A stretch of 64,000 bases of DNA from Centroscyllium fabricii (lineage: Eukaryota). Each line of letters starts with the position of its first letter. The stretch's first letter is position 1. Location: the NCBI GenBank assembly GCA_051313645.2, contig JBNRSN020000011.1, positions 119,660,001 through 119,724,000 of the forward strand. Reading direction: 5' to 3'. Positions 35,260 to 48,869 of this stretch are shown in pieces. Both the position numbers and the translations under genes were made by a program. Under the pieces are notes generated by a model. That model was not told the DNA's origin. It was given only the letters and a program-made list of their open reading frames with translations, and searched no databases.

Positions 35260-36950
35260 AGGATGTACAGGCAGTGGATGAGCTTCCTGGACATGACTGA
35301 ACAACAGTGCTTCAGCTGACTCAGGCTTTCGCGCCGGGTCATCGCAGACATTTTTGGCTTGCTGGAACAAGACTTGCTGCTCAGAGGACCTGGTGGACAC
35401 GCCTTACCAGTGGCTGTCAAAGTCACCACCACCCTCAGCTTCTTGGCCTCAGGTTCCTTCCAAGGATCGGCAGCAGTAATTTCCAGGATCTCGCAGTCAG
35501 CCGTCCACAGATGCATCACCCAGGTGACCATTCCCATGTTTGACAAGTCAACCACATATGTAAACCTTGCTACTGATGAAGCCAGTGTTACTGAGTGGGC
35601 ACTCGGCTTTCCAGCCCTGGCTGCTTTCCCACAGGTGCAGGATGTCATCGACTGCACACATGTGGCCATCAAGTTACCCCCACATCACCCAGGAGTGTTT
35701 GTGAACCGCAAGGGCTTCCACTCCATCAATGTGCCGCTCATCTGCAAGCATAAAAATATCATCATGCATGTGTGCACCAGATTCCCTGGCAGCTGTTGTA
35801 ACTCTTTCATGCTGTCCTAGTCCACCCTCCCTCAGCTCTTTGCACCTCCGACCAGACTTATCAACTGGCTACTTGGAGACAAGGGCTATCCACTGAAGAT
35901 GTGGCTGATGACAGCCTTGAGGAGGCCAAGTAATGATGCCAAGGAGTGTTATAATGACAGCCACATGTCCACCAGATGTGTAATAGAGCAAGCAATCAGC
36001 ATGCTGCAGATGCGCTTCAGATGCCTTGACAGATCTGAGGAGCCCTTCAGTATGCACCAGCCAGGGTCTCCAGGATTACCGTTGTATGCTGTAAGCTACA
36101 CAACATAGCGCAGTAGCAAAGATTGGCGCTGCAGGAGAGCAAGGCACAGAGCGCATAGCCTCTTCAGAGCAGGAGGAGGAGAAGGAACCTGAGGTGAGAT
36201 GGCACCAGCAGCAGTGCACATTGCTGCCTGTGAGGTCCGAGATGGTCTCATAATGGCCAGATTTACTTAACTTGCACCAGTGCATCCATATGGCTGCCAG
36301 ATGCTGGACTAACGTACCCCTACCTACAACACCACAGAGAAGTCCTACAATCACAAAGTCATTCCTCTCACCCAAACCCCCATTGCTCGAGGTTAAGAAA
36401 TGTCTCACCATTCACTCCAAGTGACAAAAGCCACTTCCCAGGTAGCAGGCAAAAATGGACAAGATGGAACATTTGTGCAAAGAAATACATTTAGGTGTGT
36501 GATAAATAGAACTGAAACATAACATTAACATTTTTTCATACACCCATGTGTATATCCTTGTACATCCAGGATTGTGTCTTTTTTCTTTTATGCGTGCTTC
36601 TATGAGGTGCAACCCCTGTGGCTTCAGCAGAGGTAGAGGCAGGCTGCTCACTTCCCTGCTGCGACTGCTTTGACACTTTTGGCAGACATCCTCAGGGTTT
36701 TGGAGCCTGTGAAGGCCCCGCCAAAGACTGTTCCTCCTGCAACTGTGCAGGGGAAGACTCAGCCATCGGGATCTGAGGCAGCACATGGGGCTCTGACTGA
36801 TTGGGAGGCAACAGGGGAGAAGTGGGAGCGCTTTGAGAAGAGCCCCCACTTCCACGTCACCTCTCACCATCATCCCTCTCATGGGCAATCCACACTTACC
36901 TGCTCGCAAGGAGCTGGAGAGTGCTGCACATCAGTGGGGCGATGAAGGCC
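35260..36950 (+). pseudogene. Third Harbinger copy: transposase pseudogene (about 35260-36270) and convergent Myb-gene 3' remnant
   Basis: [40 protein letters not shown]; in-frame stop and frameshifts; element ends not resolved. Confidence 0.88.
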
Positions 36951-37048
36951 TGAGTCTATGTTAATATCCCTCCTCGAGATGAGGTCAATAAGTGTCAATC
37001 ATGAACGTTATTTGGGGAGGGCGTTAAAAAGAGCGACGATGTCCCAAA

Positions 37049-37365
37049 CATAGAAACATAGAAGATAGGAACAGGAGTAGGCCATTCGGCCCCTCGAGCC
37101 TGCTCCGCCATTCAATGAGATCATGGCTGATCATTCAAATTTAGTACCCTGTTCCTGCTTTCTCCCCATATCCCTTGATCCTTTTAGCCTTAAGGAATAT
37201 ATCCAACTCCTTCTTGAATATATTTAATGAACTGGCCTCCACCACCCTCTGTGGTAGAGAATCCCACAGGTTCACCACTGTCTGGGTGAAGAAATTCCTT
37301 CTCATCTCAGTCCTAAATGGCTTACCCCTTATCTTTAGACTGTGACCCCTGGTTCTGGACTCCCA
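37049..37365 (-). mobile_element. CR1 3' fragment
   Basis: Reverse-complement RRNFFTQ..NLW and CR1 tail. Confidence 0.88.
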
Positions 37366-38240
37366 GGCAAATGGCAGGTCATGCGTCAAATCAACGTTGC
37401 ATACTCATTGACGTCACAATCTGCCTCATCTAAATATCTGCAGTGAGCACAAGCAATTGCAGTGCTACTGACCTGCCTAAAATGGCGGCTGCCACTGGAC
37501 CATTTTTTCGCAAAACCGGCTTTAACAGCCAGCATTAAACCTCCGAATTTTGCGGACTAAGGATTAAACAAAACTTACATAGATTGCGGCTTATTTTGCT
37601 ATATATAACCTGAAAACTGGTTTAAAAGGTCAAAAAGCACAAAAGAATACTGTGTGTGTCAGCACTCTCTACACACAGTGTAAAGTTGGAGGAGGTTTTA
37701 TCAATAGGATTTGGTACTTGTGAGTCTCAGAATCATATTCCTAACGCTCTGAGCAACAGCTAGATATAATACTTTCTGACCAACCATGAGCTCTCTTCTA
37801 ACAGCACCATTTCTGACTTTGGCATGAATAAAAAACAATTCTTTAGAATGCACCACTCCCCTTCATTTTTAACAGAATTTTGTGTTTGTTTTCCAAAGGC
37901 TAGATATTGAAGAGTATCTGTGGAATTAACTCTGCTAAACCCAAACATAAAAGACACAAATTCATAAAGGCCATGGTACACTATCATCATCAAGTAAACA
38001 GCCACATAATGGCATAAAATTGCACATTCATTATTTTTTCAGTAAGTATGGGGTAATGTGACCTTGGACTTGTCATTAGTTGGGGCATTAGTTAATAAAA
38101 GAGGTCCACTTTAGCAGAGAATATATAACTGGCCATTTTTTTTGTAGACTAATTGCTTCAGAAATAATAAAGTCTGACATACTTCTGATTAATTCTATGG
38201 CATTAAATGGATTAAGCTTCTTGTAATTATATAACATTAC

Positions 38241-38315
38241 ATTCTTGGCGGCAGTCCAAGCCTGTCCAAAACCATAATGTCTTACATATATGTAACCTGG
38301 TACTTTTCCAACTGT
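38241..38315 (-). CDS. Candidate internal exon of the host gene (TVGKVPGYIY, possibly extended by VRHYGFGQAWTAAKN)
   Basis: GGTAG acceptor; phase-0 donors TAT|GTAAGA (exon end 38286) or AAT|GTAATG (38241); lies in non-repetitive DNA. Confidence 0.35.
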
Positions 38316-39099
38316 CTACCAATACATACAAATGTGAAGGACTATTAATTACAACTTACACCCATTATAACTTCTAAATAGGGTAATTACAGTGGACCTT
38401 CACATAGATCTATGGGCCAGTACGGGTGTTGCAGATCACCAGCATTTTCTACTTATAGACAATTCAAACCATTGGGGTAGAATTTCCGTCGATGTTCTCC
38501 TGATCTCCTGCCGTAAGTCTCTCATTATGGAGAATATTTTAATCAGAATATCAATGGCTGGAAATCAAAACCTTGCTTGTATCCTCTACTCTTTATTGTT
38601 CGATGGGATCTTAATTGAATCATTTGGCCAAAACCTGTGGCAGATAATTCAAACTCTCATTTTAACCCTGTCTGCCTGGTGCAAGTGGTGGGGACTTCAT
38701 AAATGTTTAAATGTGAAGGTCCGATAATGGGAGCCTGCATCAGGACATTTAAATGAGGCCCGGGAGTAAAAATTGTTTGGGCCTCATAGTGGCGCCGTCG
38801 TGGGCACTTCCTGCCCGCTCTGAGCCCCACACATTGCACCCCCACCCCAGGTTGAAATCGGGGCTTTACCGTTTGCACTGGATTTCAGAAGAGCTCAATT
38901 TATAAGTATGATGGAAGATATGGTCAACGGGGGCATGCCGCCAGGTAGAATTAATAAAGATACAGAAGAAACAGGGAGGTTGTTTAAATTTGTACTTAAG
39001 AACAGAGAAGTCTTGTAAGTTCTTCAAATAATAAAGGAGGGTACATGGTAAAATGAAATCTAAATGGCGAAACAGGAAATCTGCAGGGAAATTAACCTC

Positions 39100-40588
39100 T
39101 AATGCCCTAGTTTCACTGGAGGCTAAGAATGCCAAGTATCCCAAGAATCGTCAAGAATCGAAATTCTTGGCGATTCTTGGTGATTCTGCAAGAAATGCGA
39201 AAAATACTTGGTTGAATCTTGGCGATTCTTGGTGAATTCTTGGCGATTCTGGACAAGGTTACGAATCTATCACGAATTATTTTACGAATGAGGTACGAAT
39301 CACTCACGAATCCACCACGAATTGCAAGAATTAATTAAGAATCCACTACGAACTCCACGAATTAGTTACGAATTCTAAGAATCATCTAAGAATTGATTTT
39401 GATAGTTGACATTTCTGTTGATATTCCGGCATATTCCAGCATTTAAAAAAACCCTGAACCCCTGCTGAACCTGTCATTTGTACAATGGGTGTTCGATGGA
39501 AAGCATGTGTGGCTCTGGCTGCGGAGTTGGAGCACTATCACGACCTGCTGTTCTTGGAACCCCCAAGAAGACAGAGAAGACGCAAGCACTGGTGGGTTCG
39601 ACCATGGATGACACCGGCTAGAAGGCTAGAGTTTGGGCACTACCACAGACTGCTGCAGGAACTGAGGCTGGAAGATCAGAACTCCTTCGTCAACTATGTG
39701 AGAATGCCACAGCAGATGTTCGATGAGCTCCTCCAAAGGATCACCCCTTTCATCCAGAGGCAGCACACCCGGCTGAGACCACCCCTAAGTGCTGGACTGA
39801 AGCTGTGATTTCATGTGTGATGTTTGACTTCAGTCTGTCTGTGTTACCTGACGAAGGGGCAGAAGCTCCGAAAGCTTGTGATTTTAAATAAAACCGTTGG
39901 ACTAAGAAACTGGTGTTGTGTGACTTCTTTGATAAATTGAGACAAATTTTATCTGAAAGTTATTTTTATTGTGGGAAAAAAATAAAGTGTTATGCAACAA
40001 AAGAAAACCAGGATTTAAACAGCAAGCAAGGTATAATGGTAATTTTTATAATAAATAACATATAACCACAATTTTGTTAAAACTATTACTATAACCACAA
40101 AATGTTATAACATAACCATAACTTTTTATAACTAATATTATATACAAAAACTTTTATAACTAAAACATTTAACCACTCATTTTTACAACTATTTTTATAA
40201 ACACAACTTTTTGGAAATAATTTTGAAAAAATCAAGAATGCCCAAGAATAGCCAAGAATGCACTACGAATCCACTACGAATCAGTTACGAACGGTAAGAA
40301 AGGGTCACGAACGGTAAGAATGGGTCACGAATTGTTTACGAATCTACCACGAATTGGAAAATCGTGAACCCTCCTACGAAATTTTTTGACAAACAAAAAC
40401 TTTCTTTAAAACTCAAAGAACTCCCGCGAACTACCGCGAACTCTACGATTGCGCTACGAATCCACTACGAATCTACTACGAATCTACTACGAATCCACTA
40501 CGAATTGCAAGAATGACCCACGAATCGGCCAAATTTCACAATCGGCACGATTCGGGAATTCGTAGCCTCCAGTGAAACTAGGGCATTA
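39100..40588 (+). mobile_element. Internally deleted PIF/Harbinger element of a second lineage
   Basis: 26-bp perfect TIR TAATGCCCTAGTTTCACTGGAGGCTA; subterminal ACGAAT/AAGAAT arrays; transposase N-terminus WWVRPW...NYVRM..FDELL at 39485-39808. Confidence 0.88.
39845..39880 (+). ncRNA. Minimal hammerhead motif in a Penelope-like fragment (about 39808-39930)
   Basis: tac-CTGACGA-aggggc agaa gctcc-GAAA-gc-TT-gtg followed by the same tail as at 26317-26364. Confidence 0.7.
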
Positions 40589-43475
40589 GATGTTATGAGC
40601 TGCTTGCTTTTCTTAAACGCTGTCATGCAGGCCTCATCCCATTTCCATGGAGCTCCTGCCTGTAGCAGTGCATTCAGGGGGTGTAATAAGGTCGACAAAT
40701 TGGAGAGGAATTTGTGGCAGTAATTTATGAGGCCAAGGAATGACTGCAGTTGTGACATGTTTTCTGGGGGCGGGGCTTTTACTGCTGCTGCGATCTTTTC
40801 TGGGGATTTGTGTAGGCCCTCTCTGTCTATCTCATGGCCACAATATGAGATGCGGTCCTTAACAAATTAATATTTTTGTCGGTTCCCTGCAGGCCATATT
40901 CTTTTAGCCTATCTAGTACCTTTTCCAGGTTGGCCAGGTGTTCCCCGTCTGTTTCCCCTGTCACTAATATGTCATCCAGGTAACATTGTGTCCCCAGGAT
41001 GTCCTGTAATACCTGGTCCATGGTCCTCTGCCAAAAAGCTGGGGCTGACACTATCCCAAATACCATACGGTTAGGTTGGTACAACTCTTTGTGTATGTTT
41101 ATCATCAACAGCTTCCTGGACTCCGGTTCCACCTTCATCTGCAAATAAGCTTGGGACAGGTCAATTTTGCTAAAATGTTTCCCCCCTGCCAATGAGGCAA
41201 ATATGTCATCGATCCTTGGCAGGGGATACTGTACTATTTTCAAGACCGGATTGAGTGTCGTCTTGAAATCCCCGCAAATGCGGACATTTTTTGATTCCCC
41301 TTCCTTAATTGGTGCCTTCTTAATTACTGGCACTATGGGCGTTGCCCACTCGCTCCACTCTACTTTCGATAAGACCCCTTCATCTTCTAGGGCCTTTAAT
41401 AATACTTCCACCGCTGGCCTTATTGCGTATGGTACCGCCTGTGCTTTAGCAATTGTGGCGTGGTGCCCTGTGTGATTGTGATTTTTGCCTGAATGTTCTT
41501 CAGTTTCCCCAACCCTTGTTGAAATACCTCTGGGGTCTTTGCCAGAATCTCGGCTAGTTTCCCCGCAACTGTTGGGTCCTTGTCATTCTTATCTTTCTTC
41601 TTTACTTGGAGTTCATTGATGGAGTTCCAGTCTAGGTGGATCTTCCTGATCCATTCTCGCCCTAGAAGTGGTGGGCCCCTATTCTGCAGGACATAGAGGT
41701 ACAAGCCTGTTATTTAATTTCATTATATTGTACCATGACGGGTAACCTTCCTATCGTCTGGAACTTCTGTCCCGTATATGTTTTGAGGATTACTGGTGTG
41801 TCCTCCAGGGGCACACCTCTAAATAGCCTTTTATAGTCCTTTTCATGTATTACCAATAGGGATGACCCCGTATCCAGTTCCATATTTATGTTTACCCCTG
41901 CGACCTTCAGGTTTATCTACATGACGCTGCAGTCTGTGGAGTTGCGTATGTTGTGCACCCTGAGGCTACCCAGCCCCAATTCTGCTCTCCTGGCGGTTTC
42001 TGACTCGCTACCTGAGCTGTCCTCGGACAGGCGGTGGACTCTTCTGCCCTTCCTGGGTCTAGTCCAGCTATCTGGCATTAGGGGCTTCCTCCCTGACCTA
42101 CAGACTTTGGCTATGTGACCTAGTTTCCCACACTGATGACAGGTTTTATCCTTGAACCAGCATTGCGTCTGGTTATGTGTGGTTTTCCCACAACGGTAGC
42201 ACTTGTTGGTGCTTGCTGTTACCTCGTGTGTGTCACAGTATGTTGTCCCCTGCCTGATGTCCGCGGCCCCCGATGCCGCCGCTTTGTGTGCTGCCGCTAT
42301 CTTTACCGCCTGCTCCAATGTGAGCGTTGTTTTTGTTAATAGTTTTTTTTGTGTGGCTTCGTTTAATAAATCGGTCCCTCATGTGATCTGCTAGTCCATT
42401 TGCAAATTGGCAGTTCTTTGAGAGTCGTCTCAACTCCGTTAGATATTCTGCCTGGGACTCTCCCTTATGTTGGTCGTGCTTGAAAAATCTGAACCGTTCT
42501 GCTCTGAACGACAGTTTAGGGTTTAAGTGATTCTTTAAGGCTATTTTTAACTCCTCCAGCGATTTGTCTGCTGGTTTATCTGGCGTTAATAGAGTTCTTA
42601 GTAACCCGTACGTCTCTGCCCCGATTGCGTTTAGCAATGTCATGGACTTATTCGCGTCTGTTACTTTCTTTACTTCGCAGTAAATTTTGAAACGCTCCAT
42701 ATATGCTTCCCAATCTTCCTTGTCCGCGTTGAACGCTCCTATGGCCTCTGACTTCTCCATTGTTACTTAGATTTCTTAGATTTCTGTCCCCCCAAAATGG
42801 CGTCTTTTCGCGTCCTTTTGCGTCTTTATCGCGTTTTCGCGCCTCAAAATGACGTCTTTTCGCGCCCTTTTCTGCATCTTCCTGGCATCTGCCCGACTCA
42901 AAATGGTATTTCCCCTTGCCCTTTTTCGCGACCACCCACTTGTAGTAATCGCCTTACCTTTTTCCCCCACCTTGTGTGAGGTCCGGCATGTTACCTGGTG
43001 GTCGGCTTTCCTCGGGCTCCTTCGGTGCGCGCTGCCTCGGCCGCTGGTCCTCTCGGTCCAATGCTGGAGTGCAGGCCGCTGCCAACGCTTCTCCCAATGC
43101 TGGAGAGCAGGCTGCTGCCAACGCTTCTCCCGATGCTGGTGTGCAGGCTGCCGCCAACGCTTCTTCCGAAGTTGACCTGTCGTCTGCTGCCAACGCTTCT
43201 CCCTCTGCTGGACTACAGGCTGCTGCCAACGCTTCTCCTCGCTGCTGCTCTGCAGGCTGCTGCCAACGGAGGTCACCGATGTCGGCTGCTTGCCTCCCTG
43301 GTTACTGCCAACGCTGCTCCCAATGGTGGAGTGTTGGCCGTCCTGTCTGCTGCCTGCTCCCCTCCGTGGTACTGGAGTGCGGGTTGGGTCCTTAGTTCGA
43401 TGTCGCCGATACCAATTTCTGTCTTCAGTGTTAAGTCCGTGACTATCAATTCTGTTTAAGTAAGACTCGACTCAG
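40589..43475 (-). mobile_element. Truncated Mag-like Gypsy (partial LTR, leader repeats, gag, protease, RT)
   Basis: Paralogous to 28440-31500: CYRCG, CHQCG, RICGDFK, YLDD. Confidence 0.9.
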
Positions 43476-43915
43476 AGGGTGGTGCGGCTGTGGAATTTGC
43501 TGCCCCAGAGAGCTGTAGAAGCTACTACGTTGAATAAATTTAAAACTGAGATAGACAGTTTCCTGGAATTAAAGGGAATTAGGGGTTATGGTGAACGGGC
43601 TGGTAAGTGGACGTGAGGCTAGGTTCAGATCGGCCATGTGATCTCCTGGACCAGTTTTCGATCGCCTAGATGGGTCGGAGAGGAATTTTCCTGATTTTTT
43701 ATTTTTTTTCTCCAAAATTGGCTGCTTTTTTAAAAAATCTGGTTTTTCACCTCTCCCAGGTGATCACATTGGTCTGGGCGGGGTGGAGAGTAAAAATAAA
43801 ATTGAGGTTAGGATCAGATCAGCCATGATCTTGTTGAATGGCGGAGCAGGCTCGAGGGGCCGATTGGCCTACTCCTGCTCCTATTTCTTATGTTCTTATG
43901 TTCTTATGTTTTTAT
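43470..43915 (+). mobile_element. CR1 3' end with extended UTR
   Basis: LWNLLP motif and (TTCTTATG)n tail; distal part matches the insert at 5378-5558. Confidence 0.85.
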
Positions 43916-43978
43916 GTTCAACGGTCTTTATTTCAGGTCAGCAGAAGGGTAACTGGGGTCAAGTGCTCCACCCAGTAC

Positions 43979-46900
43979 TGTAGAGGCATGCAGGCCTGAA
44001 GAACCACGCTGGACACAGAGAATTCGGAAAACAATCATTTAATGTTAACACAACTATGGCCAGGTAGCAAAGAGACTGAGCCACCTGCAACCAGGGTATT
44101 TAAAGGACCCGCGGTTGGTGACATCACTGCCGGGTGTCCACCTGGCGACGTCATCACGCCGGAAGTCGCGGTGACGTCATCACGCCGCCCAGCGGGCGGG
44201 GCCGTCTTGCAGTACTCCCGAGGCGGATTCGATGGTCCTGGTGGGCGTGTTGCCACACAGCTCCCCCCCAGAATCTGTGAGGGAGAGCAAAGTTTATCCT
44301 AAAGTAGAAAGGAGCATAAAGTAAAATAAAAAAATGGAGCATAAAAGTTGAGTCTCAGGCGAGGCGTTGAGGTGGCCTGATGATGCGGCCAGCACGTGTC
44401 GTGCGCTGCTCCTTGTTCTGCATGGGAGTGTGGGCGGGCTTCGGTGCGGTAGGGCGTCCGCGCTTTGGTGGCTGCGCGGGGGTTGGTGTCTCACCCGCCA
44501 TTACGTGTGCCGGTTTGAGCCGGTCGATTGAGACAGTCTCAGCTCTGTTGCCCATTTTTATCTGGAACGTTTTAGGTCCCGCCCGAAGCACTCTGTACGG
44601 TCCGTCGTACGGTGGCTGTAGTGGTGTTCGATGTGCGTCGTGGCGGACAAACACATACTTGCCATTCTCGATGCCATCTGGAACACGTGCTGCCGGCTCT
44701 CCGTGCCGGGCCACCGGAAGTGGTTTGAAAGCCGCCGCCTGGTTATTGAACTCCTTGAGGCAGCGGTCGGCTGACCAGGGGGCGTTGGTTTCCGCGATGA
44801 ACTCGCCCGGTACGGTTAGGGGTTGGCCATAGACTAGTTCCGCCGCTGAGGCGTGCAGGTCTTCTTTGGCCGCTGAACGCAGGCCGAGCATTACCCAGGG
44901 CAGGCGGTCGGTCCAGGTCGTGTCCTTAAGGCTGGCCCGCAGGGAAGCTTTGATGGAGCGGTGGAACCTCTCGCAGAGGCCATTGGCCTGTGGGTGGTAG
45001 GCGGTGGTTCGGTGCAGGGTTGCCCCGAGGTCGTGGGCGATGGTTGCCCATAGGGTTGAGGTAAATTGGGGGCCCCTGTCTGAAGTGATATCGGTGGGGA
45101 CGCCGAAACGTGCGACCCAGGTGGCAATGAAGGCCCTGGCCAGGTCCGCGGTGGTGGTAGCGGTGAGGGGGACCGCTTCTGGCCAGCGGGTGCTGCGGTC
45201 GACCATGGTCATGACATGTGTATGTCCCCGTGATGGTGGTAGTGGTCCGACCAGGTCAATATGGACGTGGCTGAAGCGTCTAGCTGGGATGGCGATTGTT
45301 TCCAGTGGCGCCTTGATGTGCTTGTGCACTTTGGCGCGCTGGCAGGCATTGCAGGTGTTGGTCCAGGCGCGGACATCCTTGCGCAGGCCGTGCCAAACGA
45401 AACACGCAGAGATCAGCTTTGTGGACACGTGGACGCCGGGGTGGGACAGGTCGTGGAGGGTCTGGAAGATGTGTCGCCTCCATGCGTGGGGGACAACGGG
45501 TCTGGGCTGCGGGAGGGAGACGTCGCAGCGGACCGCCGTGGCTGTGGGCCCGTGTGCTACGGTGGCCAAGAGCAGGCCGGGGAGGTTGGTAGCTGGGTCG
45601 AGGAGATCGGGGTCGGTCAGTTGGTCGGCCGCCAGTTTGGCGTAGTCGACGGCCGTTTGAACGGAGTTGATGGTGGGGCGTGAGAGGCAGTCAGCGACCA
45701 CGTTGTCGCGGCCGGCGATGTGCTGAATGTCGGTGGTAAACTCCGACACAGCCGCGAGCTGGCGCTGCTGCCTGGCCGACCAGTGTTCAGAGATCTTGGC
45801 CATTGCAGACACAAGTGGCTTGTGATCCACGAAGGCTGTAAAGTGGCGGCCCTCTAGGAGGAAGCGGAAGTGGCGCACCGTGAGGTAGAGAGCGAGTAGC
45901 TCCCTATCGAAGGCGCTGTACTTGACCTCCAGGGGCCGGAGTTGTCGGCTGAAAAAGGCCAGGGGTTGCCAGGAGTCGCCTGTCCACTGCTCAAAGACTG
46001 CTCCGACGGTGCGGTCGGAGGCGTCGGTGGTGAGGGCTACTCTGGCGTTGGGCCTAGGGTGGGTGAGGAGCGTGGTGTTGGCCAGGGCGGTTTTGGTTGC
46101 GGAAAGGCGGTGGTGGCTTCGGCCGTCCACTCGACCGCAGCCTTGTTGGACTGGCCGCGGGTGGCGTGGTAGAGGGGGGCCATGAGGGCGGCTGCCCAGG
46201 GATAAAGCGGTTATAAAAATTGACCATCCCGAGGAATTCCTGCAGCCCCTTGATGGAGTGTGGGCGGGGTAATTCCTGGACTGCCTGCACCTTGGAGGGC
46301 AGGGGTATGGCCCCGGTCTGGGAGATGTGGTGGCCGAGGAAGTCGATCATCTCGAGGCCAAATCGACATTTGGAGGGGCTTAATATAAGGCCGTGTTCGA
46401 CCACGCGGTTGAACAGGGCCTTGAGATGGAGGAGGTGTTCTTGGGGGGAGGTGCTGGCCACGAGGATGTCGTCTAGGTAGACGAACGTGAACTGCAAGTC
46501 CCGCAGGACTGAGTCCATGAGGCGTTGGAAGGCCTGGGCCGCGTTTTTAAGTCCGAAGGGCATTCGGAGGAATTCAAAAAGGCCGAATGGGGTAATGACG
46601 GCTGTCTTAGCGACGTCCGCCGGGTGCACTGGTACCTGGTGGTAGCCCCGTACCAGGTCGATCTTTGAAAAGATCGTGCAGCCGGCTAGCCTTGCTGAGA
46701 AGTCTTGGATGTGGGGGACGGGGTACCTGTCTGGGGTGGTGGCGTTGTTGAGGCGGCGGTAGTCTCCGCAGGGGCGCCAGCCGGCGCCGGGTTTGGGGGC
46801 AATGTGGAGGGGGAGGCCCAGGGGCTGCTGGAGCGGCGGATTATGCCGAGTTGTTCCATGATGTGGAACTCGGCGCGCGCGATTTCTAGCTTGGCCGGGT

Positions 46901-48553
46901 CCAGCCTTCGTGCGTGGGCATGGACTGGGGGGCCTGTGGTGGTGATGTGGTGCTCCACCCCGTGCTTGGCCGTACGGGCTGTGAAGGTGGGGTTGGTGAG
47001 GGCTGGGAACTCCGCGAGGAGTGTGGCGTACGTGTCGGAGTTCCGGGCTCGGCAGTGGGACGCTGCGTGGGCCTGGTGTGCCGGCCCTGTGGAGCATGGG
47101 ATGGTCGACATGTTGTGGATGTCGACCAGACGGCGTCGGGTAACGTCGACCAGTAGGCCGTGGGCGCACAGAAAGTCAGCCCCGAGTAGGGGTATTTTGA
47201 CTTGGGCTGTGATGAAGTCCCACTTGTACGTGTGGCCTGCCAGCTTGATGGTAAGCTGGCGGGTGCCGAACGTAACTATCTCGGAGCCGTTTGCGGCTTC
47301 AAGTGGTGGGCCTTGGGTGCGTTGCTTGGTTTCTGCGGGGGAGGCTGGCACGATGCTGTGCTGCGCGCCTGTGTCGCAGAGGAAGCGGAGGCCTGAGCCG
47401 CTGTCCGTGACGAAGAGCAGTGCTCCAGAGCGGCCTACGGACATGGTGGGGCTTGGGCTGGTTTGGGGTTTGAAGGTGCAGGGCTGGACGCAGCGCTGCG
47501 CTTTGTGTTCAAACCTGGTGTGGTAGTAGCACCAGCCGGGACCTGTGGTGCGTGGCTTTTTATGGGTACGCACTGCCCTGAGTTCGGACTTTGGGCCGGA
47601 CCTGGGGTGCGCGTAGTACTGCTCCGGTGGAGCGGCAGTGGGTTGGCACGTGGCGGCTCGGGTGCGCTCGGCCCTCATCAGCTTGTCGGCCTCCTCAGCC
47701 AGTTGCTCTTTAGTGTAGTGATCAAGGATCATCAGAGCCGGTCTGACGGAGGGGGGCAGTTTGAGGAGGAACAAGGCGCGCTTAATGGTGGCCAGGTCGC
47801 AATTGAGCGCTTCCATTTGGGCCCAGAGTTCCGATGGGTCTGCGTCCCCGAGTTCGGGGAGGTTAATGAGCTGGCAGTCGCGCTCGAATTGGGTGGGGGT
47901 GAATTTTTTTAGCAGCGCGGCCTTAAGCGATTCGTACCTGCCAGCAGTTGGTTCGTGCTGTATCGATGACCACATTCGGTCGACCGTGGTCTGTGAAAGG
48001 GCCGCGAAGAGCAGGCTGTATCGATCGTCCCCCTGTACGCCATGGATGCGGTAGGTGTTCTCTGTGCTGAGGAACCAGGCCGCTGGACGTAGTTCCCAGA
48101 ACTCTGGCAAGTTTGGAATTTGGCCGTAGTTCTGGCCCAGTCTGTGGAGTCGTGCTGTTTGGCTCCCTGCTGGCATGGTGGTTGTGATTCAACTGAGGCA
48201 GCTTGGCCCTCAGTCCTGCAGCAACTGCTTCATTATGTTCCCTTGGAATTCGTTCCAAGTATCGAGGTCACCACTGTAGAGGCATGCAGGCCTGAAGAAC
48301 CACGCTGGACACAGAGAATTCGGAAAACAATCATTTAATGTTAACACAACTATGGCCAGGTAGCAAAGAGACTGAGCCACCTGGAACCAGGGTATTTAAA
48401 GGACCCGCGGTTGGTGACGTCACTGCCGGGTGTCCACCTGGCGACGTCATCACGTCGGAAGTCGCGGTGACGTCATCACGCCGCCCGGCGGGCGGGGCCG
48501 TCTCGCAGTACTCCCGAGGCAGATTCGATGGTCCTGGTGGGCGTGTCGCCACA
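43979..48553 (-). mobile_element. Full-length CsRn1-clade Gypsy LTR retrotransposon; gag-pol broken by two frameshifts
   Basis: 279-bp LTRs 43979-44257 and 48275-48553; 4-bp TSD GTAC; PBS TGGTGACC (tRNA-Trp-like); CHCC gag motif CYYH-X9-C-X3-C; CDTGA, YLDD, DAS, SDRGPQF, GPY. Confidence 0.95.
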
Positions 48554-48869
48554 GTACCTTATATAAAGTGGTGGTGGGACGTGGTATTACAGCAGCTTAC
48601 ATACACAACAGTTTTGATTTCTGGAAAGCTTTCAATAAGGTTCCACATTTACAGTTTTTGGGAAAGATTTTATCATGTGGGATTGGCAGTCAAATTCTGA
48701 ATAGCATAGATGCATTTACGGGGAGGCTAGATAAGTGCATGAGGGAGAAAGGAATAGAAGGATATGTTGATAGGGTGAGATGAGTTCAGGTGGGAGGAGG
48801 CTCGTGTGGAGCATAAACACGACAGACCTGTTGGGCCAAATGGCCTGTTTCTGTTCTGTGATGTAAATA

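Noticed and set aside
37579-38315. Torsin-like P-loop resemblance (WTAAKN.VIYSKISRNL)
   Set aside because: Lacks the Walker A glycines and all other AAA+ motifs; probably chance
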